Origin: Nevskiaceae bacterium
GTDB lineage: Bacteria > Pseudomonadota > Gammaproteobacteria > Nevskiales > Nevskiaceae
Assembly: GCA_004297005.1 (NCBI GenBank)
Contig: SCVA01000020.1
Span: forward strand, 12,789 to 76,788
Direction of reading: 5' to 3'
DNA: 64,000 bases
Shown: piece after piece, positions 1-9,293 of the stretch
How the letters are laid out: each line of letters begins with the position of its first letter
Numbering within the stretch: position 1 is the stretch's first letter
Made by a program: the position numbers and the translations under genes
The notes under the pieces: generated by a model
Seen by the model: only the letters and a program-made list of their open reading frames with translations
The model's database searches: none
What the model was told of the DNA's origin: nothing

Positions 1-70
1 CCAGCGCGCCCAGCACGAAGGCCAGCACGAGGCCGGCGACGATGGTGGCGATGAGTGGGCTGTGATGCAT
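1..70 (-). CDS. 5' end (first 23 codons) of a YbaL/KefB-type monovalent cation:proton antiporter; gene continues beyond window start
   Basis: Reverse-strand ATG at 70 gives MHHSPLIATIVAGLVLAFVLGAL. This closely resembles my recollection of the E. coli YbaL N-terminus (MHHATPLITTIVGGLVLAFILG). Only 23 residues are visible. Confidence 0.5.
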   Translation of the reverse strand, partial: MHHSPLIATIVAGLVLAFVLGAL

Positions 71-163
71 GTGGTTCCGTCGGAGGCTAGAGGCAGCGGG
101 CGGCGGCTAACAGCCGGAGAATACCGACCTCGGGGCGCGATGTCGGTTCCTTAAGTCCGCGGA

Positions 164-2077
164 TCAGACCTCCGCGCGATTTCCTTCGCGTTCCAACCAG
201 TCTTTGCGGTCGCCCGCGCGCTTCTTGGCTAGGAGCATGTCCATCAGGCCGTCGGTCCCGACCACACCCGATCCGGGCTCCGGCTCGTCCAGACTCAACT
301 GCACCAGCCGCCGGGTATCGGCGCTCATGGTGGTCTCGCGCAACTGCAAGGGGTTCATCTCGCCCAGGCCCTTGAAGCGGGTGACCTGGATCTTGGCGCG
401 GTTGCCCTCGGCGGCGAGGCGATCGAGTACGCCCTGCTTTTCGGACTCATCCAGGGCGTAGAACACCTGCTTGCCAGCGTCGATGCGGAACAGCGGCGGC
501 ATGGCGATGTAGACATGGCCCGCCTGCACCAGCGGCCGGAAGTGGCGCAGAAACAGCGCGCACAGCAGGGTAGCGATGTGCAAGCCGTCGGAGTCGGCAT
601 CAGCCAGCACGCAGATCTTGCCGTAGCGCAGACCGCTGAGGTCGGGGCTGCCGGGATCCACACCAATCGCGACGCTGATGTTGTGGATTTCCTCGCTGGC
701 GATGGCCTCGCCGGCAGTGGCTTCCCAGGTGTTCAGGATCTTGCCGCGCAGCGGCATGATCGCCTGGGTGTCGCGGTCGCGCGCCTGCTTGGCGCTGCCG
801 CCGGCGGAGTCGCCCTCGACCAGGAACAGCTCGGTGCGGTTCAAGTCGGTGAGCACGCAGTCGGCGAGCTTGCCGGGCAGCGCCGGGCCGGAGGTGATCT
901 TCTTGCGCACTACCTGCTTGGCGGCCTTCATGCGCGCCGAGGCATTGGCGATGACCAGTTGGGCGACGCGCTCGCCCTCGTCCGGGTGCTGGTTGAGCCA
1001 GAGCCCGAAGGAGTCGTGCACCACGCCGCTGACGAAGGCGGCGGTCTCGCGCGAGGACAGGCGCTCCTTGGTCTGGCCGGCGAACTGCGGATCCTGCATC
1101 TTCACGCTCAGCACATAGGCCAGGCCCTGCCAGATATCTTCCGGAGCCAGCTTCATGCCGCGCGGCAGCAGATTGCGGAACTCGCAGAATTCGCGGATCG
1201 CCTCGGTCAGGCCGGTGCGCAGACCGTTGACGTGGGTGCCGCCCTGCATGGTCGGGATGAGGTTGACGTAGCTCTCCGCCAACAGCTCGCCGACGCCATC
1301 GGCATTGACCCAGGCCAGCGCCCACTCGGCCTCTTCGCGCGGCGACTTGAACTGGCCGGTGAACGGCGCGGCCGGCACGATCTCCTGGCCCTTGACCGCG
1401 TCGAGCAGGTAGTCGGTGAGGCCGTTCTCGTAGTACCAGACCGTCTCCTCGTTGCCCGGCTCGTCCTTGAGCGTGATCTTGAGCCCCGGGCAGAGCACCG
1501 CCTTGGCGCGCAGGATCTGCTTGAGCCTTGGCAGCGAGAACTTCGGCGAGTCGAAATACTTCGGGTCGGCCCAGAAGCGCACCCGGGTGCCGGTGTCCTT
1601 CTTCGCGCAGGTTCCCACCTCGCGCAGGGGACTGGCGGTGTAGCCGTTCTCGAAGTGCATGGCCTGCTCGACGCCATTGCGGCGCACCGAGACTTCCAGG
1701 CGGGTGGACAGGGCATTGACCACCGACACACCGACACCGTGCAGGCCGCCAGAGAACTGGTAGTTGTTGTTGCTGAACTTGCCGCCGGCATGCAGCTTGG
1801 TCAGCACCAGCTCGACGCCGCTGATCTTGTGCACCGGGTGGATGTCGGTGGGGATGCCGCGGCCGTCGTCCTGCACCTCGCAGGAACCGTCGGCGAACAG
1901 CGTCACCCGGACCTGTTTCGCGTAACCACCGAGCGCCTCGTCGACGGCGTTGTCGATGACTTCCTGCGCCAGATGGTTGGGGCGGCTGGTGTCGGTGTAC
2001 ATGCCCGGGCGCTTGCGCACCGGGTCCAGGCCGTCGAGGACTTCGATGGCATTGACGTCGTATTGCTGCTGAGCCAT
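164..2077 (-). CDS. parE: DNA topoisomerase IV subunit B
   Basis: GHKL ATPase and TOPRIM motifs (GLDPVRKRPGMYTDT, EVIDNAVDEA, GGLHGVGVSVVNALS, LFLVEGDSAGGSAKQARDR, PLRGKILN). About 637 aa as for ParE, and it lacks the long GyrB insertion. Start moved from the ORF-track 2389 to the ATG at 2077 (MAQQQYD). Confidence 0.9.
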   Translation of the reverse strand: MAQQQYDVNAIEVLDGLDPVRKRPGMYTDTSRPNHLAQEVIDNAVDEALGGYAKQVRVTLFADGSCEVQDDGRGIPTDIHPVHKISGVELVLTKLHAGGKFSNNNYQFSGGLHGVGVSVVNALSTRLEVSVRRNGVEQAMHFENGYTASPLREVGTCAKKDTGTRVRFWADPKYFDSPKFSLPRLKQILRAKAVLCPGLKITLKDEPGNEETVWYYENGLTDYLLDAVKGQEIVPAAPFTGQFKSPREEAEWALAWVNADGVGELLAESYVNLIPTMQGGTHVNGLRTGLTEAIREFCEFRNLLPRGMKLAPEDIWQGLAYVLSVKMQDPQFAGQTKERLSSRETAAFVSGVVHDSFGLWLNQHPDEGERVAQLVIANASARMKAAKQVVRKKITSGPALPGKLADCVLTDLNRTELFLVEGDSAGGSAKQARDRDTQAIMPLRGKILNTWEATAGEAIASEEIHNISVAIGVDPGSPDLSGLRYGKICVLADADSDGLHIATLLCALFLRHFRPLVQAGHVYIAMPPLFRIDAGKQVFYALDESEKQGVLDRLAAEGNRAKIQVTRFKGLGEMNPLQLRETTMSADTRRLVQLSLDEPEPGSGVVGTDGLMDMLLAKKRAGDRKDWLEREGNRAEV

Positions 2078-2222
2078 GTCTTGAGGGCTACCTGCGAGAG
2101 GGCGGCAAGGTACCGGAGCCGGCGTCAGCCCACAACCGCCCTGGAATTTCGCGATCGGGCCCGCAACACCGGCCCGGAGCTGGCTACACTCGGTCACGGA
2201 TCCCATCCATAGCGAGCGCGCC

Positions 2223-4844
2223 ATGCAAGGCCAGACCTTTCGCCTCGAGTTACGCCCCCGTATTCCCAGCAATATCCGTCGGTTGGAGGAAATGGCGGCG
2301 AATCTGGCGTATTCCTGGGACCGCGAGGTGCGCGGGGTGTTCTGGCGGCTGGACCGCGAGCTTTGGCGCGACTGCGGCAACAACCCCAAGCTGTTCCTGC
2401 GCCGGGTCGACCAGGCCCGGCTGGAACAGGCGGCGGCGGACCGTGACTTTCTCGAGGACTACCACTCGGCGCTGTCTTCCTTCGATTCCCATCTGGCCGC
2501 CGGCCACCGGCCGGAGATCGACAAATACCTCGACGCCGACCGGGACCTGGTCGCCTATTTCTGCGCTGAGTTCGGCTTGCACGAAAGCTTCCCGATCTAT
2601 TCCGGCGGTCTGGGCATCCTGGCCGGGGATCACTGCAAGGCGGTAGCGGACCTTGGCGTTCCCTTTGTCGGCGTTGGACTGCTGTACCGCCAGGGCTATT
2701 TCACCCAGCAGATCGACGGCCAGGGCAACCAGCAGGCCATTGCCCACGCGGTGGACTTCGCCGACCTGCCGATCTCGCTGTGCCAGAACGCCGACGGCAG
2801 CGAGCTGAGGGTGATGGTGGAAATCGCCGACCGGGTGGTGCAATTGCGGGTGTGGGTGGCGCGGATCAGCCTGTCGGCGCTTTATCTGCTGGATTCCGAC
2901 GTCGCCGAGAACTCCGCCGCCGATCGCATGATCACCTACCAGCTCTACGGCGGTGACGGCGACACCCGCATCCAGCAGGAGATCGTGCTCGGCATCGGTG
3001 GCGTGCGCGCGCTGCGGGCGCTGGGCCGGCAGCCCAGCGCGACACCGGCCCTGGCCAGCGGGCCGACGGTCTGGCACATGAACGAAGGCCACGCCGCCTT
3101 CATGATCCTCGAACGCATCCGCGAGCAGGTGCCGGCGGGGCTGGATTTCGACTCGGCGCTGGAGCTGGTCGCGGCCAGCCATGTGTTCACCACCCACACC
3201 CCGGTGCCCGCCGGCCATGACGTGTTCGACCACGGCAAATTGCGCTGGTATCTGGGCAGTCTGCTGCCGCAACTCGGGGTGCCGGAGGCGCGGGTGCTGC
3301 AACTCGGAGCGCTGGAACCGAGCGCCGAACACTTCAATATGACCACCTTCGCCCTACGTGGCAGCCGTTTCCACAATGGCGTCTCGAAGATCCACGGCGG
3401 GGTCGCCAGCCGCATGGAGCAGGCGCTGTGGCCGCAGGTGGCGCCGGAAGACAACCCGATCGGCTACGTCACCAACGGCGTGCACATGCACACCTTCATC
3501 GCCCGCGCCTGGACGCAGTTGTTCCACGACAGCTTCCGCGAATGGCGCAGCAAACTGCTGGATGTCGACCACTGGCGCTGCATCGACCACATCCCCTACG
3601 ACGCCTTCGTGGCGGTGCGTCACAAGCTCAAGCACGACCTGCTGCTGGATGTCGCCGAGCGGCTGCGCCGGCAGTTGCGCCGGAACGGCGTGCCGGAAGC
3701 GATCATCAACCACGCCACCCAGTACATCGCCAATCCCGACAGCCGCAGCCTGGTGCTGGGCTTCGCGCGGCGCTTCGCCACCTACAAGCGCGCCACCCTG
3801 GTCCTCGCCGACGAGGCGAGGCTCGCGCGGCTGCTGAACAACCCCGATCACCCCGCCATCCTGATCTTCGCCGGCAAGGCGCATCCCAAGGATCTGCCCG
3901 GCCAGGCGCTGATCAAGAAGCTCTACGAGACCAGCATGAAGCCGGAGTTCATCGGCCGGCTGATCATGATCGAGGGCTACGACATGCTGCTCGCGCGCAA
4001 CCTCGTGCAGGGTTGCGACGTCTGGCTCAACAACCCCGAATATCCGATGGAGGCCAGCGGCACCAGCGGCGAGAAGGCCGGCATCAACGGCGTGGTCAAT
4101 GTCTCGGTGCTCGACGGCTGGTGGGACGAGGGCTATGTCGGTGGCGACCTGAGCCAGATCAACGGTTTCGCGATCAAGCCGGTCGATCCCCGCTACTGGG
4201 GGCAACTGGCGGACGACGCCACCGCCCGCGCCCACCGCGACCAGGAGGAATGCCGGCAACTGCTCGACATCCTCGAACACCAAGTGGCGCCGCTGTATTA
4301 CGGTCCGCGCAAGTACGGCTACGCGCCCGAGTGGGTGCAGATCAGCAAGAACGCGATGAAGACGCTGATCCCTCGCTTCAATTCGGCGCGGCAGGTCATG
4401 GACTACGTGCGCCAGTACTACGGCCCGGCGGCGCGGCAGACCGCGCGGTTCACCGCCACCGGCGGCAGCCTCGCCAAGGATCTGGCGGCCTGGAAGCGCC
4501 GGGTCCACACACAGTGGCCGGGCGTGTCCCTGCAGACGGCGGCTCCCCACCCCGAGGCGCTCTACCACGGCGAGACCCTGCCGCTGCGGATCCACGCCCG
4601 GCTGAATGGCCTGACGCCTGCCGACGTAGTAGTTGAATGCGTGGTCGGTCGCGAGGACGCACAAGGGGTGTTCCAGCCCCAGAAGACCGAAACCCTGACC
4701 AGCACCGGCACCGTCGGCGAGGCCCACCTGTACGCACTCGACCTCGAACCACTGCCGGGTCTGCAGAGCTACCGCTTGCGCATGCGCCCTCATCACGACG
4801 CCTTGTCGCACCCGTTCGAGATGGGCTGCGTCGTCTGGGTCTAG
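2223..4844 (+). CDS. glgP: alpha-glucan (glycogen/maltodextrin) phosphorylase, GlgP-family GT35 with DUF3417-type N-terminus
   Basis: 873 aa. Contains FGLHESFPIYSGGLGILAGDHCKAVADLGVPFVGVGLLYRQGYFTQ and EASGTSGEKAGINGV (PLP-lysine region). Lies in the glycogen locus. Confidence 0.88.
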   Translation: MQGQTFRLELRPRIPSNIRRLEEMAANLAYSWDREVRGVFWRLDRELWRDCGNNPKLFLRRVDQARLEQAAADRDFLEDYHSALSSFDSHLAAGHRPEIDKYLDADRDLVAYFCAEFGLHESFPIYSGGLGILAGDHCKAVADLGVPFVGVGLLYRQGYFTQQIDGQGNQQAIAHAVDFADLPISLCQNADGSELRVMVEIADRVVQLRVWVARISLSALYLLDSDVAENSAADRMITYQLYGGDGDTRIQQEIVLGIGGVRALRALGRQPSATPALASGPTVWHMNEGHAAFMILERIREQVPAGLDFDSALELVAASHVFTTHTPVPAGHDVFDHGKLRWYLGSLLPQLGVPEARVLQLGALEPSAEHFNMTTFALRGSRFHNGVSKIHGGVASRMEQALWPQVAPEDNPIGYVTNGVHMHTFIARAWTQLFHDSFREWRSKLLDVDHWRCIDHIPYDAFVAVRHKLKHDLLLDVAERLRRQLRRNGVPEAIINHATQYIANPDSRSLVLGFARRFATYKRATLVLADEARLARLLNNPDHPAILIFAGKAHPKDLPGQALIKKLYETSMKPEFIGRLIMIEGYDMLLARNLVQGCDVWLNNPEYPMEASGTSGEKAGINGVVNVSVLDGWWDEGYVGGDLSQINGFAIKPVDPRYWGQLADDATARAHRDQEECRQLLDILEHQVAPLYYGPRKYGYAPEWVQISKNAMKTLIPRFNSARQVMDYVRQYYGPAARQTARFTATGGSLAKDLAAWKRRVHTQWPGVSLQTAAPHPEALYHGETLPLRIHARLNGLTPADVVVECVVGREDAQGVFQPQKTETLTSTGTVGEAHLYALDLEPLPGLQSYRLRMRPHHDALSHPFEMGCVVWV

Positions 4845-5113
4845 GGCCTGTCACGAACTGCGGGGTCGCTGCGTTGCCGGCCAAAATAGCGTCAGGCAAG
4901 GCGCCTGCCGACGCGAAGGCTGGTTGCCTTCGCTAGGCGGGCAACGCCGCATGACGCAATTTTGGCCAGCAACCCCTCGGGGCGGGACGGTTTTGGGGCA
5001 TTGCGGCGTCAGCCAGTGTTTCAATAGGCCCGCTATTGCACACACTGGCTTCCTTGCACTGCCCCAAAACCGCCTTCCGCCGCAGCGATCCCGCAGTTCG
5101 TGACAGGCCCTAG
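4841..5113. repeat. ~273-bp nested-palindromic intergenic element (MITE/REP-like), copy 1
   Basis: 33-nt terminal inverted repeat (4841-4873 vs 5081-5113, 1 mismatch). Internal palindromes. Three blocks are identical to the reverse complement of copy 2 at 61530-61804: 35 nt at 4889-4923, 37 nt at 4977-5013, 40 nt at 5049-5088. Confidence 0.85.
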
Positions 5114-7191
5114 GCCCCGCGCTCCCTGCGGACCAGCGCCAATCGGGCGCCGACCTCGGCCTGTTCCAGCAACCGTCCCGCCTCGCCCGGCAGCCGGCGC
5201 TGCCAATTGGGGTGCCCGCTGACGGTGCCGGGCAGGTTGGGCGCCTCCTCCAAGGCCAGCAGGTCTTCCAGCGGCAGTAGCAGCAGCGGCGCCGGGCTGC
5301 GGGCGACGAAGGCGCAGGCGGCATTGACGACCGCCGCGCCAGCCGCCGTCTCCGGCCGCGCGCCCTGGACCAGACCGGCGTGCTCCAGCGCCGCCCACAG
5401 GCATTGCCGCCCCTCCTCCCGCTCTGCTTCTTCGCCGGCCTGCGCTTCGGCATCGACCAGATCCAGGCGGCGGCGCCAGTCCAGGTCGCGGCCCGCCCAC
5501 CAGCCGGCGACGGTCGGCAGATCGTGGGTGGAGGTGGTGGCCACGGCGCTCGCCGACCAGCGCCCCGGCTCGAAGAACAGCTTGTGCTCGCGCTGGAAAT
5601 ACAGCACCCGCAGGCCCAGCACGCCGGCCTCGGCAAGCTCGCTCTGGAAACCGGCCGGCAGGGTGCCGAGGTCTTCGCCGAGGATGATGGCCCGGTGCCG
5701 GTGCGATTCCAGCGCCGCCAGCCGCAGCAGGTCCTGCGTGGGGTAGCGCAGATAGGCGCCCTCGCCGGGTGCCGCGCCTTCCGGCGCCAGCCAGAGCCGG
5801 CGCAGGCCGAGCACATGGTCGATGCGGATTCCACCGGCATGCCGCAGGTTGGCGCGCAGCAGCTCCAGGAATGGCCCGTAGCCCTGGGCTTTCAGGGCCC
5901 GCGGCGAGAAGGTGGTCAGCCCCCAGTTCTGCCCCAGGGGGCCGAGGGGATCGGGCGGCGCGCCGATGCTCACCCCGCGCAGCAGATCGTGCGGATTGCT
6001 CCAGGCGTGGCTACCACCGCCATCGGTGCCCACCGCCAGATCGCCGATCAGGCCGATCCGCATACCACCAGCGCGCGCGCCGGCCTGCACGGCGGCCAGG
6101 CCGTCCGCGGCCAGCCACTGCACAAAGCAATGGAATCCCACCTCCGCCGCGTGATTGGCGGCGTAGGCCTCGACTGCCGCGCTGCCGGACTCGCGCAGCT
6201 CGGCCGGCCAGCGCCGCCAGTCCGCCCCGCCCTGCCCGACCTGCAGGGCCTCGAAGCGCGCGTGATCGAGCAGCGCGCGACCGCCGCCCGCGCGGTAGGC
6301 GCGAAACCGCCGCGCCAGCGGCGACTCGCCCTGCTCCAGCTCGCCGGCCTGCGCCTGCCATAGCACCCGCAACAGGCGCCATTTGGCGCGCGCCGCGCGG
6401 GGGTAGTCGATCAGCGGCAGCGCCTCCAGTTCCGCATAGATCCCGGCCAGGCCGTTGGCGGCCAGGGCCGAGGCCACCGCCGCCTCGCCCAGCACCATCG
6501 CCGGATCGGCGTGAAGCGGATTGAGGAACAGCCGGCTCGACGGCGAATAGGGCGCATAGCGGTCGGGATCACCGGCGTAGAGCGCGTGTACCGGGCTGAT
6601 GGCGAGCGCATCCACTCCGGCCGGAGCCGCTGCCGCGACCAGTTGCGTCAGGCCGCCGAAGTCGCCGATGCCGCCATCGCCGGCCCTGCGCAGCGAGGCC
6701 AGCTGCGCCACTAGGCCATGCAGGCGGCGACCCTCGGCCAGGGTCGAGATCGGAAAGGCCTTGGCCGGAGCGATGGCCAGCGTCGGTGGCGCGCCCGAGC
6801 CAACCAGCAGGAGGTGGTAACCGGTCTCCGGAATCGCCGCCAGCCAGGGCCTGCCATCGGCAGCGCGCGAGACCGGCAGGCGCCGCTGGCCTCCGGCTTC
6901 GAGCAGGACGTCGACGGCAGGCAGGTCGGCCGCGCAGGACGGCAGCGGCAGCGCTCGCCCGGCCTCGCCGGTCAGCAGTGCCGGCCACTGCCCGGCGGCG
7001 CCTTCGGCCGCCAGTTGGGCGCGGCTATGGGCGATGTCGCCGCAGCTCGCGCAGGGCAGCTCCAGGGCACTCAGCAGCGCCCGCAGCACCGGGTCGGAAA
7101 CCGTCCTGGTCTGCCCCTGGTAGTCCTGCCAATGCACCGCGATGCCGGCCTCCTCGGCCAGCGCCATCAGCGCCGAACTGGACTCACTCAT
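5110..7191 (-). CDS. malQ: 4-alpha-glucanotransferase (amylomaltase)
   Basis: 693 aa. GH77-like motifs (GDLAVGTDGGGSHAW, GIRIDHVLGLRRLW, AIILGEDLGTLP, STHDLPT). ATGA overlap with the glgX stop. Confidence 0.88.
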   Translation of the reverse strand: MSESSSALMALAEEAGIAVHWQDYQGQTRTVSDPVLRALLSALELPCASCGDIAHSRAQLAAEGAAGQWPALLTGEAGRALPLPSCAADLPAVDVLLEAGGQRRLPVSRAADGRPWLAAIPETGYHLLLVGSGAPPTLAIAPAKAFPISTLAEGRRLHGLVAQLASLRRAGDGGIGDFGGLTQLVAAAAPAGVDALAISPVHALYAGDPDRYAPYSPSSRLFLNPLHADPAMVLGEAAVASALAANGLAGIYAELEALPLIDYPRAARAKWRLLRVLWQAQAGELEQGESPLARRFRAYRAGGGRALLDHARFEALQVGQGGADWRRWPAELRESGSAAVEAYAANHAAEVGFHCFVQWLAADGLAAVQAGARAGGMRIGLIGDLAVGTDGGGSHAWSNPHDLLRGVSIGAPPDPLGPLGQNWGLTTFSPRALKAQGYGPFLELLRANLRHAGGIRIDHVLGLRRLWLAPEGAAPGEGAYLRYPTQDLLRLAALESHRHRAIILGEDLGTLPAGFQSELAEAGVLGLRVLYFQREHKLFFEPGRWSASAVATTSTHDLPTVAGWWAGRDLDWRRRLDLVDAEAQAGEEAEREEGRQCLWAALEHAGLVQGARPETAAGAAVVNAACAFVARSPAPLLLLPLEDLLALEEAPNLPGTVSGHPNWQRRLPGEAGRLLEQAEVGARLALVRRERGA

Positions 7192-9293
7192 GCCCTGGCT
7201 CCCGGTTCCGGCAGAGCTGCCGCCAGCAGCGCCACGCTCTGGCCACGCAGTCGGTAGCTGGCCGAACGCCAGGGACGTGGCATCGGCGCCGGGTCCTCGC
7301 TATCGAACAGCAGTTCGGTGTCCAGCAGCGGCGGCGGCAACTGGACCTCCTGATCGACGAAGCCGGCGTTGAACAGCAGATACAGCACCTCGTAGCCCTC
7401 GCCCTGCTCCCGCGCGGCCACTCTGCGCAGCCCCAGCAACTGTCCCAGCGGCGACTGCCAGTCCTGGGTCGAGAGCGGCCGGCCTCGCTCGTCGAACCAA
7501 CTGGTGTCCGGCCAGCCCGGCAGGATCTCCCGGCCGTGCTGGAAGTCGGCGCTACGCAGCGCAGGATGCTCGCGGCGCAGGCGCAGCAACTGGCGCAGGC
7601 AGGCGTGCAGCATGCGTCCGTGCGGCTGATCGAGCCGGTTCCAGTCCAGCCAGGTCAGCGGCGAGTCCTGGCAGTAGGGGTTGTTGTTGCCGGACTGGGT
7701 TTGCCCGAACTCGTCGCCGGCCAGGAACATCGGCGTGCCGTGACTGAACGCCAGGGTGGCCAGCAAGGCCCTCTGGATACGTTCGCGCCTGGCCCGGACC
7801 TCGGCGTTGTCGCTCTCGCCCTCGACCCCCCAATTGCAGGACTCGTTGTGGGGATGTCCGTCCCGTCCATGCTCGCCGTTGGCGGCGTTGTGCCGGTGGC
7901 TGTAGCTCACCAGATCTTCCAGGGTGAAGCCGTCGTGCGCAGTAACGTAGTTGATGCTCGCCCAGGGATGGCGGCGCGCATGGTCGAAGCGGTCCGCCGA
8001 GCCCTGAAGACCGGTGGCCAGCGCGCCGCGGGTGCCGGCATCGCCTCTCCAGTAACGCCGCAGCTGATCCCGGTAGTGGTCGTTCCATTCCGCCAGGCCG
8101 GTAGGCTGCCGACCCAGTTGATAGCCGTCCGGCCCCAGATCCCAGGGTTCGGTGATGAGCTTGAGCCGACCGAGCACGGGGTCCTGCAACAGGGCGTGGA
8201 AGAAGCCGGTGGCCGGGTCGTAGCCGCCCGCCCCACGGCCCAGCACCACGCCCAGGTCGAAGCGGAAGCCATCGACGTGATAGGCCTGGACCCAGTGGCG
8301 CAGGGAGTCCATCACCAGTTGGACCGTGCGCGGCCGGCTGAAATCCAGGGTGTTGCCGCAGCCGCTGTAGTTCAGATAGCGCGACCGGTCCTCGGGCTGC
8401 AAGCGGTAGTACTCGGCATTGCCCAGGCCGCGCAGACTCAGGGTGGGGCCGGTCTCGTCGCCCTCGCCGCTGTGGTTGTAGACGACGTCGAGGATCACCT
8501 CGATGCCGGACTTGTGCAGCTCCCTGACCGCCCACTTCAGATCGTCGCGACTGCCATAGGCGGGCTCCGGCGCGAAATAGGCCAGGCTGTTGTAGCCCCA
8601 GTAATTGGTCAGGCCGCGTTCCAGCAGCCGGCGTTCACGAACCATGGCGTGCACCGGCAGCAGCTCCACCGCCGTCACTCCCAGATCGCTCAGATAGGCC
8701 CGGACTTCCGGCCGGCCCAGCGCCCGGTAACCGCCACGCAAGGCCTCGGGCAGATCCGCACGCAGGCGGCTGTAGCCCTTGACGTGCAACTCGTAGATCA
8801 CCGTCCGTGACCAGGGAACCTCCGGCGGACGATCGCCCTGCCAGTCGTAGTCCTCGCTGACCACCACCGCCTTGGGCATGTAAGGGGCGCTGTCGCGCTC
8901 GTCCGGCTGCGCCGCCGCGACCTCGCGGTGATGCCCGAACAGGGCGTCGTGCCAGATCAGCTCGCCGCGCAACTCGGTGGCATAGGGGTCCAGCAGGAGC
9001 TTATGCGGGTTGAACCGCAGGCCGCGGGCGGGTGCGTAGGGACCGTGGGCGCGATAGCCATAGACCAGGCCCAGGCCGGCTCCGGGCAGATAGCCATGCC
9101 AGACGCCACCACTGCATTCGGGCATACGCAGCCGCGCCAGTTCGGACTGGCCATCACGATCGAACAGGCAGAGTTCCAGCCACTCCGCGGCCGCCGAATA
9201 GACGCAGAAGCGCAAGCCCTGGCGATAGGGATGCGCGCCCAGCGGCCCTGGCGGGCAGGGTTCCAGGTGCGGCAACGGCGCCGGCAACGGCAT
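7188..9293 (-). CDS. glgX: glycogen debranching enzyme
   Basis: GH13 motifs (VILDVVYNHSGEG, DGFRFDLG, LITEPWD, YVTAHDGFTLEDLVSY). Start placed at ATG 9293 ([11 protein letters not shown]), which forms an ATGA overlap with the glgB stop. The upstream 176 codons of the ORF-track frame are Arg/Gly-rich shadow sequence. Confidence 0.88.
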   Translation of the reverse strand: MPLPAPLPHLEPCPPGPLGAHPYRQGLRFCVYSAAAEWLELCLFDRDGQSELARLRMPECSGGVWHGYLPGAGLGLVYGYRAHGPYAPARGLRFNPHKLLLDPYATELRGELIWHDALFGHHREVAAAQPDERDSAPYMPKAVVVSEDYDWQGDRPPEVPWSRTVIYELHVKGYSRLRADLPEALRGGYRALGRPEVRAYLSDLGVTAVELLPVHAMVRERRLLERGLTNYWGYNSLAYFAPEPAYGSRDDLKWAVRELHKSGIEVILDVVYNHSGEGDETGPTLSLRGLGNAEYYRLQPEDRSRYLNYSGCGNTLDFSRPRTVQLVMDSLRHWVQAYHVDGFRFDLGVVLGRGAGGYDPATGFFHALLQDPVLGRLKLITEPWDLGPDGYQLGRQPTGLAEWNDHYRDQLRRYWRGDAGTRGALATGLQGSADRFDHARRHPWASINYVTAHDGFTLEDLVSYSHRHNAANGEHGRDGHPHNESCNWGVEGESDNAEVRARRERIQRALLATLAFSHGTPMFLAGDEFGQTQSGNNNPYCQDSPLTWLDWNRLDQPHGRMLHACLRQLLRLRREHPALRSADFQHGREILPGWPDTSWFDERGRPLSTQDWQSPLGQLLGLRRVAAREQGEGYEVLYLLFNAGFVDQEVQLPPPLLDTELLFDSEDPAPMPRPWRSASYRLRGQSVALLAAALPEPGARA

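Noticed and set aside
515-2212. 565-aa plus-strand ORF opposite parE. Similar long antisense ORFs occur at 6786-8810, 14947-17091, 24452-27055, 29105-30982, 42560-44545, 44355-46613, 47537-49108, 51750-53435, 53876-55570, 55648-56994 and 59738-60703.
   Set aside because: All are shadow ORFs opposite well-supported genes, with repetitive Arg/Gly/Ala/Pro composition, no motifs and no plausible ribosome-binding context.
2078-2389. N-terminal extensions suggested by the ORF track. Examples: parE to 2389, glgX to 9821, phnX frame to 53157, permease frame to 54053, eutC frame to 43394, porin to 57156, opgD from 56991, C-N hydrolase from 26889.
   Set aside because: The extensions are Arg/Pro-rich, overlap the upstream gene, and precede internal ATGs that give canonical N-termini, signal peptides or ATGA coupling with the neighbour. 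The starts were therefore moved inward.
4851-5840. ORFs reading through the repeat elements (4637-4936, 4851-5840, 5033-5500, 61266-61598, 61530-61796, 61628-61873).
   Set aside because: They translate palindromic repeat DNA in both orientations (for example ...GPVTNCG..., ...AAAEGGFGAVQGS...) and otherwise overlap real genes. The repeats are better explained as non-coding structured elements.
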